Sequence record: MN871447.1
Strand: one strand, 5' to 3'
DNA: 64,000 nt
The notes beneath the pieces are model-generated. The model saw only the letters and a program-made list of their open reading frames with translations. It did no database searches and was not told the DNA's origin. Of this stretch, positions 1-9,442 are shown piece after piece; position 1 is the stretch's first letter; each line of letters begins with the position of its first letter. A program made the position numbers and the translations under genes.

Positions 1-1
1 A

Positions 2-1402
2 TTACCCACGACGCGTGCTGACGCAGAGACGTTTGAAGAAAGTTTGAATAACGTCACTAACGAAGACCTTGAATGGATTCTCTCGACTCGTAACGCGACG
101 GATTCAGCGTATCCCGGAAACGGTCTTCTGAAAGCGGCGATCCGTAACGGAGCAAAGTGGAAGACTCAGATCGAGAACCCGGCGACACCGATCCCGCTTT
201 GTGATTACCGCAGTGCGTATAAGATCTTTGATCAACCGGCTACCAAAATTTCGGGTATTGATGCAATCGATATGTTCACGGCCGGGACTAACTTGGGTCG
301 TCCTGTCACGGTACCGCTGTGGCACTCTGGTTTCTGGGTGAAACTCCGTGCACCGTCGGCTGCATTCTTAGCGGATATCGACCGTGCCTTAGCCTTTTCA
401 CGTGAAGAGCTCGGACTGGAAGTCTTCGGGGCGATCGGGGCCAATGACCGTTTGATCTTTGACGAGATTCTCGTTGACGCCGCGTTGAAACTCGTTGTAG
501 AGGCCAACATTCCGATTGCGAAATCGCCGATGGAATTAAAAGAGGTTATTGACTTCTTCGATATCGACAGTCTGATCTGGGGAATGGCATTAGCAGCATT
601 CCCGGACGGTTGTGAGATCGCCATTCCGTGCCCGAGCTGCCGTGGTGTGAGTCACGTCAAAGCAAACCTTCTCCGTATGCGTTTCGTTGATGAGTCGCGT
701 TTGACACAAGTTCAAATCCGTCAGATGGCCAAAGGGATTAGCCATAAGACAACGCTGGAAGAATTGAAGAAATACAAAGAAGAGTTCCAAATCCTCAATA
801 CCCAGAAATGGGAATGGAACAAACGTACTTTCACCTTCCGTTCACCAACGATCGAAGAGTACTTAACTTCAGGTCGGGAATATATCACTTCGGTTTCCCG
901 TGCGTTAACCGAAACGCTGCGTGACGACATTACTGACGACTACCGTCGTGGCCAGAGCATGAAGTCAATCCTTAACACGGAAGAGACAGCGCGGTTCATG
1001 CACTTCATTCGTGAGATTCGTATCCCGAACACCAATGAAAAAGGTAACCCTGATAACTACGGGATTGTTACCGATTCCCATGCTATCCTCGATATCATGC
1101 GTTATATTTCGGGTGACTTCGAAGCCAGTGACGGTTTAATCGTGGCAATCAATGATTTCATCAATGACGCCATCTGCACTATCATTGGATTCCCTAACGT
1201 CAATTGCCCGGCTTGTGGCAAATTCTATCTCTCGAAGACCGGGGAAGCGACAATTATTGTTCCGTTTAACCCTGCTGTGGGTTTTTTTATCCTTGCGCAA
1301 CACAAGATTACGGAAGCGGGGTCGGAGCCACTGACGAATTTAATGACGTTAGGTCTGACCGGTTTGCTATCCAAGGTATCGGCCAGCGAGGCTCAGGGTT
1401 AA
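2..1402 (+). CDS. 5'-truncated tail/baseplate assembly chaperone-like protein (T4 gp26-like, two CxxC motifs)
   Basis: Frame open from base 2. CPSC and CPACG motifs. Near the C-terminus, AVGFF is encoded over a G GGT TTT TTT slippery site. Family call is inference. Confidence 0.45.
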   Translation, partial: LPTTRADAETFEESLNNVTNEDLEWILSTRNATDSAYPGNGLLKAAIRNGAKWKTQIENPATPIPLCDYRSAYKIFDQPATKISGIDAIDMFTAGTNLGRPVTVPLWHSGFWVKLRAPSAAFLADIDRALAFSREELGLEVFGAIGANDRLIFDEILVDAALKLVVEANIPIAKSPMELKEVIDFFDIDSLIWGMALAAFPDGCEIAIPCPSCRGVSHVKANLLRMRFVDESRLTQVQIRQMAKGISHKTTLEELKKYKEEFQILNTQKWEWNKRTFTFRSPTIEEYLTSGREYITSVSRALTETLRDDITDDYRRGQSMKSILNTEETARFMHFIREIRIPNTNEKGNPDNYGIVTDSHAILDIMRYISGDFEASDGLIVAINDFINDAICTIIGFPNVNCPACGKFYLSKTGEATIIVPFNPAVGFFILAQHKITEAGSEPLTNLMTLGLTGLLSKVSASEAQG

Positions 1403-1419
1403 TTGAGAAGACAGGCGGA

Positions 1420-1806
1420 TTGGGGAACCTTTCCGCCAAAGTGGCGTTGCGCAGGGCGTACGACCTCGATAACGGGATTTACTCTGAAGCAGTAGATGCC
1501 AAAGTCCCATTCTCTCTTATTGCGATGCATGAACCCGAAGCGGCTGCAAACAAAGGGAAATGGGATGAGTTACTCGAAAAATATCACACGCACCAGATTA
1601 AAGATTACTTCAACTTTACGTTTACAGATTGGGTGAGTCAACCTAATGATATGGTTGAAAAGCAAATCAACACTTCTATTCGGTGGCGTGAACGAGAAGT
1701 CAATGCTAAATCGGAAGAAACGAAAGAGTTAGAGGCACAACTTTCCCAACAGGGTATTACGGTCCCTAACGTTCAAATGATGAAGGAAAAAGGCCATGGC
1801 CAATAA
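1420..1806 (+). CDS. Small T4 gp51-like protein, possibly made as a -1 frameshift fusion with the upstream gene
   Basis: Annotated start is TTG with a weak RBS. The frame is open from 1270, just before the slippery site at 1279-1288. Confidence 0.5.
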   Translation: MGNLSAKVALRRAYDLDNGIYSEAVDAKVPFSLIAMHEPEAAANKGKWDELLEKYHTHQIKDYFNFTFTDWVSQPNDMVEKQINTSIRWREREVNAKSEETKELEAQLSQQGITVPNVQMMKEKGHGQ

Positions 1807-2434
1807 GTTTGATAAAATCCAAAAGAAATCTCAGGAACTCTCTGACGCAGCAGATGCGGTAGCAGAAACGGCTGCTTCGGGTGAGAACGACAACGCTCCT
1901 GTTGCAGCAACCGTGGCAACCGAGTCTGCGGTAGGCGGCAGCGTGAAAGTAAGCACGGTCTCTGAAACTGCGGCTAAGACTTCAGCTGATGTTTACGCTG
2001 GAGAAAGCGATGCGGTCAAATTGATCATTGCACACCTCGAAGACTACGTTCTGAAAATGGCGCCAGAAAAAGCGCAGACTGAATCTTCACTGAAAGAAAA
2101 TCAGAGCGTGCTCTATCGGACACTGGAGCAACTGGTTAATCTGGACAATGTTGCGGATTTTGCGGTCTGCATGAAACGTCTGTTTGCGCTGGTTCGCAAA
2201 TACGAAGACGGAGCCTTTGCGCCCAATATGCGTTTTCGTCGCCTGAGCCTTTTAGCGAAGGGTGATAAACAACTCGATAAATACATCGCGTTCGTCGACA
2301 TGGTTTGCGCCTTTGCTACTCCCGCAGTGCGTAAAACTATCATTCAACGCTACAACCTGGCACGAGCGGCAGAATTCGCTAAACCGGAATATCGTGAGCG
2401 TCTGATTGAATTCGTGAAGGCGATCAGCGGTTAA
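1796..2434 (+). CDS. Hypothetical protein, possibly virion-associated (Ala/Thr/Ser-rich N-terminus)
   Basis: 212-aa ORF overlapping the upstream stop, followed by a terminator hairpin. Confidence 0.75.
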   Translation: MANKFDKIQKKSQELSDAADAVAETAASGENDNAPVAATVATESAVGGSVKVSTVSETAAKTSADVYAGESDAVKLIIAHLEDYVLKMAPEKAQTESSLKENQSVLYRTLEQLVNLDNVADFAVCMKRLFALVRKYEDGAFAPNMRFRRLSLLAKGDKQLDKYIAFVDMVCAFATPAVRKTIIQRYNLARAAEFAKPEYRERLIEFVKAISG

Positions 2435-2441
2435 GTTATAA

Positions 2442-2475
2442 CTCCCCTCTTCCCGTGTTTACGGGAAGAGGGGAG
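2442..2475. terminator. Hairpin between convergent genes
   Basis: Perfect 15-bp inverted repeat CTCCCCTCTTCCCGT-gttt-ACGGGAAGAGGGGAG. Confidence 0.8.
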
Positions 2476-2492
2476 AATATATGTTATTTCAA

Positions 2493-3449
2493 TTAATTCG
2501 TTTTATCCCATTCCAACAGAATAAGGTCTACCAACTTTTCTTTTTGGGTCTGGTTAAGACCATCTCCCAAAAAGAAATAAATAAGGTCTTTTACGACGAC
2601 TTCTTTTTTATTATCGTAATCAGGGGCGAGGAGAGCGACACGACGTTTTATCTCATCTGGATTAGTCAGAGAGAGGTCAATAAGAGGTGAATTGATATTA
2701 ATGAATTTTTCTGTCAAAAAATTCAGTTCAGCAGGGTCATTAAGATCTATCACATACTTATTTCGCGAGCTTTCATTTACTGGGGTGGGTGTAAAACTCG
2801 GATCAGGGCGGTCGTTTGGCATTAACCCAGTTACCGTGAATTGCGGTGTGCGATACGATGAAAGATCTGGGGATTTACATTTACCAAAAATATCATTGAT
2901 TTTTTCAGTAATATGTTCTTCATGGGTTGGCTGAGGGGCAATTTCCAATTGGTCGTTGATATATCCATTAAAAATAAGATCGAATCCGGTAATGTTAACA
3001 TTACCATTATTTCCCTCGGCTTCTTTACTCGTGTCTAATGTAGGATAAATATAACGCCCATTGACGGATAAACGTGGATAAAAACTGAATTCACCGTCAC
3101 GTAATCCGTTTGCATACTGGAGGAAATGTTCGTGTGGGGTATTGGGGTTCAGTAATGTGATTTTGACCGAATAAATTGTTCCGGAAAGATCGCCCTGAAG
3201 CTGATGGGTATTTAGGGTGAATTTGGCTTCGGATAAAGAAGGGAAATAATCCATTTGGTTATTTTTATCTTTAGCTTCTTCACGAGACACAACGGAAACA
3301 TAAGCCAAAATAGGCGGAGTAGTTTGTTTTACGGCGCTTATTACCTGGGCTACTTTATCAATGGGCAGCAGGCAGGCTTTAGCAACATCCTGCAATGAGA
3401 AATAAACGATCATGGAGTCGTTACTTACAATTTTTACTTGATGGTTCAT
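2493..3449 (-). CDS. Hypothetical protein
   Basis: 318-aa ORF; TATG motif about 50 nt upstream. Confidence 0.75.
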   Translation of the reverse strand: MNHQVKIVSNDSMIVYFSLQDVAKACLLPIDKVAQVISAVKQTTPPILAYVSVVSREEAKDKNNQMDYFPSLSEAKFTLNTHQLQGDLSGTIYSVKITLLNPNTPHEHFLQYANGLRDGEFSFYPRLSVNGRYIYPTLDTSKEAEGNNGNVNITGFDLIFNGYINDQLEIAPQPTHEEHITEKINDIFGKCKSPDLSSYRTPQFTVTGLMPNDRPDPSFTPTPVNESSRNKYVIDLNDPAELNFLTEKFININSPLIDLSLTNPDEIKRRVALLAPDYDNKKEVVVKDLIYFFLGDGLNQTQKEKLVDLILLEWDKTN

Positions 3450-3551
3450 CTTGACCGTACCTTTTCTTTGTTAGAGCCTCCTAGCGGGCTCATAGTAGCT
3501 GTGGGTACGTATTTTTTGTTATGAGATCAATTTATCACGAAGGGTCAGATT

Positions 3552-5516
3552 ATGTTTAATTTTGCCAAAGCCGCATTTGGAATGGTTGAAGTAGAAGAAG
3601 CGAACGGAAAGATTAAGGTCACCGCTATTCGTTCTAAGGACGCTTTAGGGGAAATTTATAATACCTGGCGTACCTCTCGTATCGAACAAAGTATGTTCAC
3701 TAAGATTACGCCTTACAGTATCGAATTTTACAGTTTCTTCGCGGTAGAGTTTGTTTACATTCTCGATCAGATTATCGCCAAACAGGGGCGAAGTATGATT
3801 GCGAAGAAAACATTGAAACAAGTGAAAGAAGGTATTCTCACTAATACTTGGATGCGGTCTACTCAGGTAGATCACGACCCTATTCTAGATCGTAGTAAAC
3901 TGAGTCTGTTTACCAAAAGCCCGCTGCGCCATCAAATGGAATTCATCGATCATTACGATACTGTTGTTCCTAAATGGCAGCTCAGCGGTTACTGTATGGC
4001 TATGAATACTGGGTCCGGGAAAACCTTGTCTTCGTTAATGATCGCAGAAATGCTCAATGTTGATATCATTATCATGGTATCATTAAAAGCGTCTATTTAT
4101 CGTGTCTGGGAAGATGCGATGCAAAATGATTACAAAAAGACACCTGAGTACTGGGTTCAGGCACGAGATGGATCATTGCCCTCGGGAACTTTACCGAAGT
4201 ATTTAATCTACCATATGGAAGCCATTGGTAAATTACTGGAAGATTCCGGGCGATTCACTGGTAAGAAAATTGCATTAATCCTCGACGAATCTCACAAACT
4301 GAATGAGCTTAGTTCTCAGCGCACTCAAGATATTTTACAATTTTGTAAGCGTATACAACCCGTTACAACGTTATGGGCTTCCGCAACACCGATCAAAGCG
4401 TATGGTTCAGAAGCTATCCCAATGCTGGCGACGTTTGATAAGATGATGACGTTAGAGGCCATGGAAGCCTTTAAGAAACTATACGGGAAGTCAAGTAAGA
4501 AATGTTTTGACATCATACGTCATCGTATGGGCAATGTCATGTTTAAAGTGGAAATTGTTAAAACCAACCCAATCATCGAGAATGTTCCGATCAAACTGAA
4601 AGACCCGGATAGGTTTTTACTGTCTACGTTGAAAATGGACATGAAAGACTATATTCTGGAGCGGATTGAGTACTGGAAAAAACTTGAGCCGCAAGTTAAG
4701 TTAGGTTACTATTCTGGCGTAGACAAATATGCTCGTACTGTTAAGACTAAAGAACAAGAAGCTCAATTAAAACAATACCAACGTTTTGTTGAGCAAATCT
4801 CTAAAACCACCGATTACCAAATGGTGAAAGAAGAGATGATGTTCTGTAATAAGTTTGAAAAGAATTTAATCGAGCCTTTGCTGCGCGGGGAAGAGTTAAA
4901 GAATTTCCGCAGTTACAAATCAGTGATCAAATATTTACCGTTAAAAGTTCGTGGTGAGTGTTTAGGTAACGTCGTAGGGAAGCGCAGAGAAGAAGTTACA
5001 CTTGCTTTAATCGCGGAGTGTGATCTTCCTAAATACATTAAAGCGGCAGAGAAGAAAACTATCATTTTTACTAGCTACGTGAAAGCGGTAGAAATGACAG
5101 AAAACTATCTGGTGTCGAAAGGATTCAAACCTGTAACCGTTTACGGGGAAGGTGAGGATTTAACTAAACAAGTAAAACGGTTCTTTGATGACAGCGGCAT
5201 CAACCCATTAATTGCAACCTATCAAAGTTTGTCTACTTCGGTCCCCTTGATCGCAGCGAACGTTATTTTAGCCATCAACGCGCCATTCCGCGATTACATC
5301 ATGGAACAGGCTATCGGTCGTATCGACCGTATTAACCAAAGCGCCCAAACTTATGTCTTTAAATTCTATTTGGAGACATCGGAACCTAACATCAGTAGTC
5401 GAACACTTGATATCTTAACCTGGTCGGAAGAACAAGTGAACCAAATACTTGGTGTGAAAGAGGAGGCGGTAGCCCTGGAAGCTTGGTCACTTGAAGCCAT
5501 TCCGCAATACACGTAG
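3552..5516 (+). CDS. SF2 (SNF2-like) helicase
   Basis: Walker A MNTGSGKT, Walker B LDESH, motif III SATP, motif VI QAIGRIDR. Confidence 0.9.
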   Translation: MFNFAKAAFGMVEVEEANGKIKVTAIRSKDALGEIYNTWRTSRIEQSMFTKITPYSIEFYSFFAVEFVYILDQIIAKQGRSMIAKKTLKQVKEGILTNTWMRSTQVDHDPILDRSKLSLFTKSPLRHQMEFIDHYDTVVPKWQLSGYCMAMNTGSGKTLSSLMIAEMLNVDIIIMVSLKASIYRVWEDAMQNDYKKTPEYWVQARDGSLPSGTLPKYLIYHMEAIGKLLEDSGRFTGKKIALILDESHKLNELSSQRTQDILQFCKRIQPVTTLWASATPIKAYGSEAIPMLATFDKMMTLEAMEAFKKLYGKSSKKCFDIIRHRMGNVMFKVEIVKTNPIIENVPIKLKDPDRFLLSTLKMDMKDYILERIEYWKKLEPQVKLGYYSGVDKYARTVKTKEQEAQLKQYQRFVEQISKTTDYQMVKEEMMFCNKFEKNLIEPLLRGEELKNFRSYKSVIKYLPLKVRGECLGNVVGKRREEVTLALIAECDLPKYIKAAEKKTIIFTSYVKAVEMTENYLVSKGFKPVTVYGEGEDLTKQVKRFFDDSGINPLIATYQSLSTSVPLIAANVILAINAPFRDYIMEQAIGRIDRINQSAQTYVFKFYLETSEPNISSRTLDILTWSEEQVNQILGVKEEAVALEAWSLEAIPQYT

Positions 5517-5539
5517 CAAAAAAAAAGAATATAGCGGAT

Positions 5540-5573
5540 AGTTTCCCTACTGCCACTAGGCAGTAGGGAAACT
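5540..5573. terminator. Hairpin between convergent genes
   Basis: Perfect 15-bp inverted repeat AGTTTCCCTACTGCC-acta-GGCAGTAGGGAAACT. Confidence 0.8.
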
Positions 5574-5577
5574 TATA

Positions 5578-5961
5578 TTAGTTTGCGTCTGTCAGATCAA
5601 GGAATTCAATTCCCATGAAAACACAGAGAGAAGGGTCAGTGGTCGAAGAGTTAGCGTACATGACCCGTATACGCGTATCATTGAATCGTGAGACGGCCGC
5701 GGTAAACTCGATAGGGTGAATGTATTGCTCTGGACGAACCGGGTTCTTGAACGCTTTAGGGAACGCTGGGGGAAGGTTATCAACCTGATCGTAATTCCAT
5801 TCTCCCATCGCCGCGTATGTCTTGAGCATGATCGCCGCTTTTTGTTTGGCTTCCGCGACACACGGTTTAGCATATTTAACATCAGGCGATGCGTATCCTT
5901 CTGCTGCAAAGGAGGTGGCGGAAATGACGGAGAGAATCAACGCGATAAAAATGTTTTTCAT
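5578..5961 (-). CDS. Small secreted/periplasmic protein with two Cys
   Basis: Signal peptide MKNIFIALILSVISATSFA-A; two Cys in the mature part. Confidence 0.7.
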   Translation of the reverse strand: MKNIFIALILSVISATSFAAEGYASPDVKYAKPCVAEAKQKAAIMLKTYAAMGEWNYDQVDNLPPAFPKAFKNPVRPEQYIHPIEFTAAVSRFNDTRIRVMYANSSTTDPSLCVFMGIEFLDLTDAN

Positions 5962-6002
5962 TTATGAATTCCTTATTGACTGAAGTAAGTAGGAGGGGGT
6001 GT

Positions 6003-6548
6003 TTAAATACTAACGGCGAAATTAACCATGCCAAGTTCTAAAATTATTTCAGCCAACTTTTTACAGTTAGCGTAACTTGAATGTTCAAACGTACGAACCA
6101 TGTCGATGGTTAAACCATCAATGTTTTCATAGTCTTTCACGTTGAAGGTTTTAAAATTAACTTTACCTGCATCCGGGTCGTTAACGTAATCAGGTTTAAG
6201 GGGCAAAACAGAATCGATAATGTCGGAATAAAGTTCCTTAATTACACTCGCCGCCAGCGCGTCAGTATCGTAGCTACTAGTCTCAGTGATGATAGGTCCG
6301 ACAAAATACAACGTTCCGTCATTGATGCCATAGCTAAAGGCTTGGACGCCAAGTGCTTCTAAAAATTTTAAGAAGTGACCCCAATGTTCATTTTCATTGT
6401 TTTCACGATACGTGTGCGTCGGACAAAATTTGTATTCAATACCCTTACTGTAAAGAAAGTTACAGTCTTTAATCTCTGACCCCAAAAATATTTTTGCACA
6501 CGCTTCAACATATTTTTCGATTACGACTTCAGTTAATTTAATCCGCAT
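6003..6548 (-). CDS. Hypothetical protein, tandem paralogue of 6623-7159
   Basis: Shared pattern LTE..K.VE..AK.FL...CNF.Y and W..FL..L..GV..FSY...LYF..PII. Confidence 0.75.
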   Translation of the reverse strand: MRIKLTEVVIEKYVEACAKIFLGSEIKDCNFLYSKGIEYKFCPTHTYRENNENEHWGHFLKFLEALGVQAFSYGINDGTLYFVGPIITETSSYDTDALAASVIKELYSDIIDSVLPLKPDYVNDPDAGKVNFKTFNVKDYENIDGLTIDMVRTFEHSSYANCKKLAEIILELGMVNFAVSI

Positions 6549-6622
6549 TTTAAATTCCTTAATATTAGTTTAGTTTGTTTATATTCACTAAATGAAAAAT
6601 AAATTTCACTTTGACCGGAAAC

Positions 6623-7159
6623 TTAGCCATTGTACTCGATGGAAGTGATACCAAGATCACGATAGAGACTGGCCGCTTTAAGCGCTTCGAAATATGTTAA
6701 AGTATCAAACCTTTCACCGAGAGCGTGAGCAAATTCGGTCGCAGAAGCGTAGCGCTGTGGACAGAACTCTTTGTAGAATAGCCGCTGCTGTTCTGTGATA
6801 TCGAAATGACTCGCGGCACAATTACGAAGATATGGTTCGGTGAATAGTTCCCGTATCGTAATTATCGCGGTTGTATTAACTCGATGTGACGGAGCTTCGC
6901 TAATGATCGGGCTGATAAAGTAAAGTTCGTTGCGGTCAAAACAGTAACTGAAACCTTTGACGCCGATGAGATTAAGGTGGTAAAGAAAGTTTTCCCAAGG
7001 TGTCTTTTCACCTGGGGTTGGTACAGACGTCGATTGGAACTTAAAGTCGTACATGTCAGTGTAATAGAAATTACACGCTGTGACGTTCTCAGATAAAAAT
7101 CTTTTTGCGGCGAGTTCAACATGTTTCTTAACTTGGTCTTCTGTCAGGACAGTGTTCAT
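6623..7159 (-). CDS. Hypothetical protein, tandem paralogue of 6003-6548
   Basis: Same shared pattern as its neighbour. Confidence 0.75.
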   Translation of the reverse strand: MNTVLTEDQVKKHVELAAKRFLSENVTACNFYYTDMYDFKFQSTSVPTPGEKTPWENFLYHLNLIGVKGFSYCFDRNELYFISPIISEAPSHRVNTTAIITIRELFTEPYLRNCAASHFDITEQQRLFYKEFCPQRYASATEFAHALGERFDTLTYFEALKAASLYRDLGITSIEYNG

Positions 7160-8037
7160 TATTTTACCTCATTTAATTTTTTGAAATAGCTCTTTATCAG
7201 GGCGCCTTCTTCGTTCAATTCAGTTTCGGAACATAAACTTTCTTTACGGTTCCGATTACTGACCTCATTAATTCTTCGTTCAATACCCTTCTCATCGATA
7301 TAATGCGGATATTTAAAATCTCGGTACCCGAATGCATCCAGTTGGCGAGCACGTTCATTAGTGATGTCTAAAGCCAATCCGATCTTTGCAAACGTTGCGC
7401 CTTTAGCTCTGGCCAGTGTAGCAAACATTCGACGTACTTTCGTAATATCTGATTTAACTTTATTTGTTATTTCGCCTTTCGCTATAGCTTTCTCAACAGC
7501 GCACTTTTTATCGTGATAAATTTTTTCCAATTCTTTCATCACAGTCGATTTATCCGATAAAATTTCTTTTGTTTTACTAAAAGTATTAGGGGCATTATAC
7601 ATCGGCCAGATAGAGTAATAAGCTTCTTGGTAACCTTTTAACAGTTTCTGATCTTCATTAAACTGTTTTATTGCTGTTGGGATCTGGCTATCCTTGCAAT
7701 AAGCTTGCCCATCGAGAAATGTAAAAAACTGATCTCTTTTTTCTCGGTTTCCCGGGAAACTTAAATTACAGAAGAATCGCGCTCCTTTCCTTGTGCGCTC
7801 TCTAACCGCCTGATGACCTACGCCCAGCAACGACCCGGTAAGTCCATAACTGAATCCTCGCAGTCTAACGAGTAATAAATAACACCATTCTGCTCTCCGT
7901 ATCGTTATTTGTAATTGTTTCTTATTAACCGATTCTGTCGAATATATACGCGCTAATAAAAGCTGAGTTTCGATCTCATAGAGCAATTTACTGAACTGCT
8001 TGACAAGTATTGTAACGAAATAAATTTTATCGTTCAA
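7159..8037 (-). CDS. Protein with two sigma-70 region-4-like HTH motifs
   Basis: GFSYGLTGSLLGVGHQAVRER and GATFAKIGLALDITNERARQ resemble the sigma4 T..EIG..L.VTRERVRQ pattern. Confidence 0.55.
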   Translation of the reverse strand: MNDKIYFVTILVKQFSKLLYEIETQLLLARIYSTESVNKKQLQITIRRAEWCYLLLVRLRGFSYGLTGSLLGVGHQAVRERTRKGARFFCNLSFPGNREKRDQFFTFLDGQAYCKDSQIPTAIKQFNEDQKLLKGYQEAYYSIWPMYNAPNTFSKTKEILSDKSTVMKELEKIYHDKKCAVEKAIAKGEITNKVKSDITKVRRMFATLARAKGATFAKIGLALDITNERARQLDAFGYRDFKYPHYIDEKGIERRINEVSNRNRKESLCSETELNEEGALIKSYFKKLNEVK

Positions 8038-8070
8038 AATTTAATCCTCCGAATTATGTTATTCATTACA

Positions 8071-8079
8071 GTGATATAT
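8071..8079 (-). promoter_or_regulatory. Putative early (virion RNAP) promoter ATATATCAC
   Basis: Variant of the phiKZ early consensus TATATTAC, 34 nt upstream of the 8037 start. Confidence 0.6.
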
Positions 8080-8086
8080 ACACAAA

Positions 8087-8116
8087 ACAGATTGGAGACT
8101 GATGTCTCCAATCTGT
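8087..8116. terminator. Hairpin
   Basis: 13-bp inverted repeat ACAGATTGGAGAC-tgat-GTCTCCAATCTGT just after the TOPRIM stop. Confidence 0.7.
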
Positions 8117-8119
8117 CAG

Positions 8120-8621
8120 TTATAAGTAAGGTTTTACTACCGCCCATCTTTCTTCTTCTGTTAGTTCGTCTAAATCACGACTAGTCGACCCTCTGCTGAA
8201 GTTACGACTAAACTTCTCACCTGCTTTATCATCGTCTCCCAAACAAACAAATTCGTAAGGAAGTAATAATAGTTGTTGTTTCAGTTGAGGGGAAAGGTCA
8301 GAACCTAATGCGCTCCAGCTATTTAAACCCAGGACATGGAGACTGGCTGATTTAAAGACAGACTCCGTTAAGAATACGGGACCGGGTTTCAGTTCTAATT
8401 TCTAAACCAAAAACACCGACGTTGCCGAGGAGTCTCGTGAAATAACGGGCCTCTTTTGGGTTCTTTGTTTTCTTGGGGGCGTCGGGTGTATAAACCTGAT
8501 AACCGCGCAGTTTATAATCGAAACCAAACAAAGGTACGGTAAGACTGGTTTCTGTTAACCAATTAGTCGGGTAGCGGTTTACGTCGTAATGACGTTCGAG
8601 CAAGTGTTCGGTTAAGTTCAT
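8120..8621 (-). pseudogene. Small TOPRIM (primase-like) gene broken by one extra base near 8400
   Basis: Frame A ends ...GVFGLE. The +1 frame continues LELKPGPVFLTESVFK...LGDDDKAG...DLDE to a TAA at 8120. Total length 502 nt = 3n+1. Confidence 0.75.
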
Positions 8622-8728
8622 GACTTGGTCTCTCTTTTATCTTGAGCTGAGTATTTTCATACGGGTTTGCAGTAACTGCGGAAAACAGATTTAATCTTTG
8701 CATCCCGATAAAAATAGTAAGTGCGTTC

Positions 8729-8929
8729 TTAGCGAACATGATTCCTCCTTTGGTTTAATTCTGATCTGGTCGGTTTTTCAGCATCGATAGGTTCTAGCCA
8801 AAAATGTTTACATTCCCTACATTCCCAAGTTATTTCATTGTCGTCCTCATCGTATACTTGAGAACAGTGCATAGCTTGGCACATAGGGCAATCCATCCCG
8901 GTCCACTGGAACGTCATGGTTTTACACAC
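8729..8929 (-). CDS. Small zinc-ribbon protein
   Basis: CPMC...CREC. Confidence 0.65.
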   Translation of the reverse strand: MCKTMTFQWTGMDCPMCQAMHCSQVYDEDDNEITWECRECKHFWLEPIDAEKPTRSELNQRRNHVR

Positions 8930-9390
8930 ATGTATTTGGTTTGTTCCAGAAAACCCTGCGACTCATAGAATTTCTGGGCAATTACGTTAGAGACGTGGAC
9001 TGACAGACTAACTTGGTCAACCGAGAGGTGCTTAGCAAACATTCTAACTTGTTTTACCAGTGCCTTCCCGTAGCCCATTTTTCGATAATGTCGTTTGATG
9101 TACAGATAATTAATCGACATCCACGTAACACTTCCGTTTACGACAGGTGGTATATACTCAACAAACCCTACGACATTCTCTTTATCTATTACCAGAAGAA
9201 TGTTAGTTTGGTCAGTCCAACGATCAATGAGTTTTTCTGTTTTTAACTCGTTGGTGAGGATGTCGAGATTACTTCTTGATTTCCATAAAGTTGCTTCATT
9301 CTTATCCATGACATGGAACATCTCTAAAAGTTCTTTTTCATACCTGGTAGTTTCCGGATCCTCTGGACCCAGTAATAAAACAAATTCCAT
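8914..9390 (-). CDS. GNAT-family acetyltransferase
   Basis: LYIKRHYRKMGYGKALV (motif A) and NVIAQKFYESQGF (motif B). Confidence 0.85.
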   Translation of the reverse strand: MEFVLLLGPEDPETTRYEKELLEMFHVMDKNEATLWKSRSNLDILTNELKTEKLIDRWTDQTNILLVIDKENVVGFVEYIPPVVNGSVTWMSINYLYIKRHYRKMGYGKALVKQVRMFAKHLSVDQVSLSVHVSNVIAQKFYESQGFLEQTKYMCVKP

Positions 9391-9442
9391 AGTTTCTCTC
9401 CTGAATTGATGGCATAGAGGAGAGAGCTTTCGCCCTCCCCTT

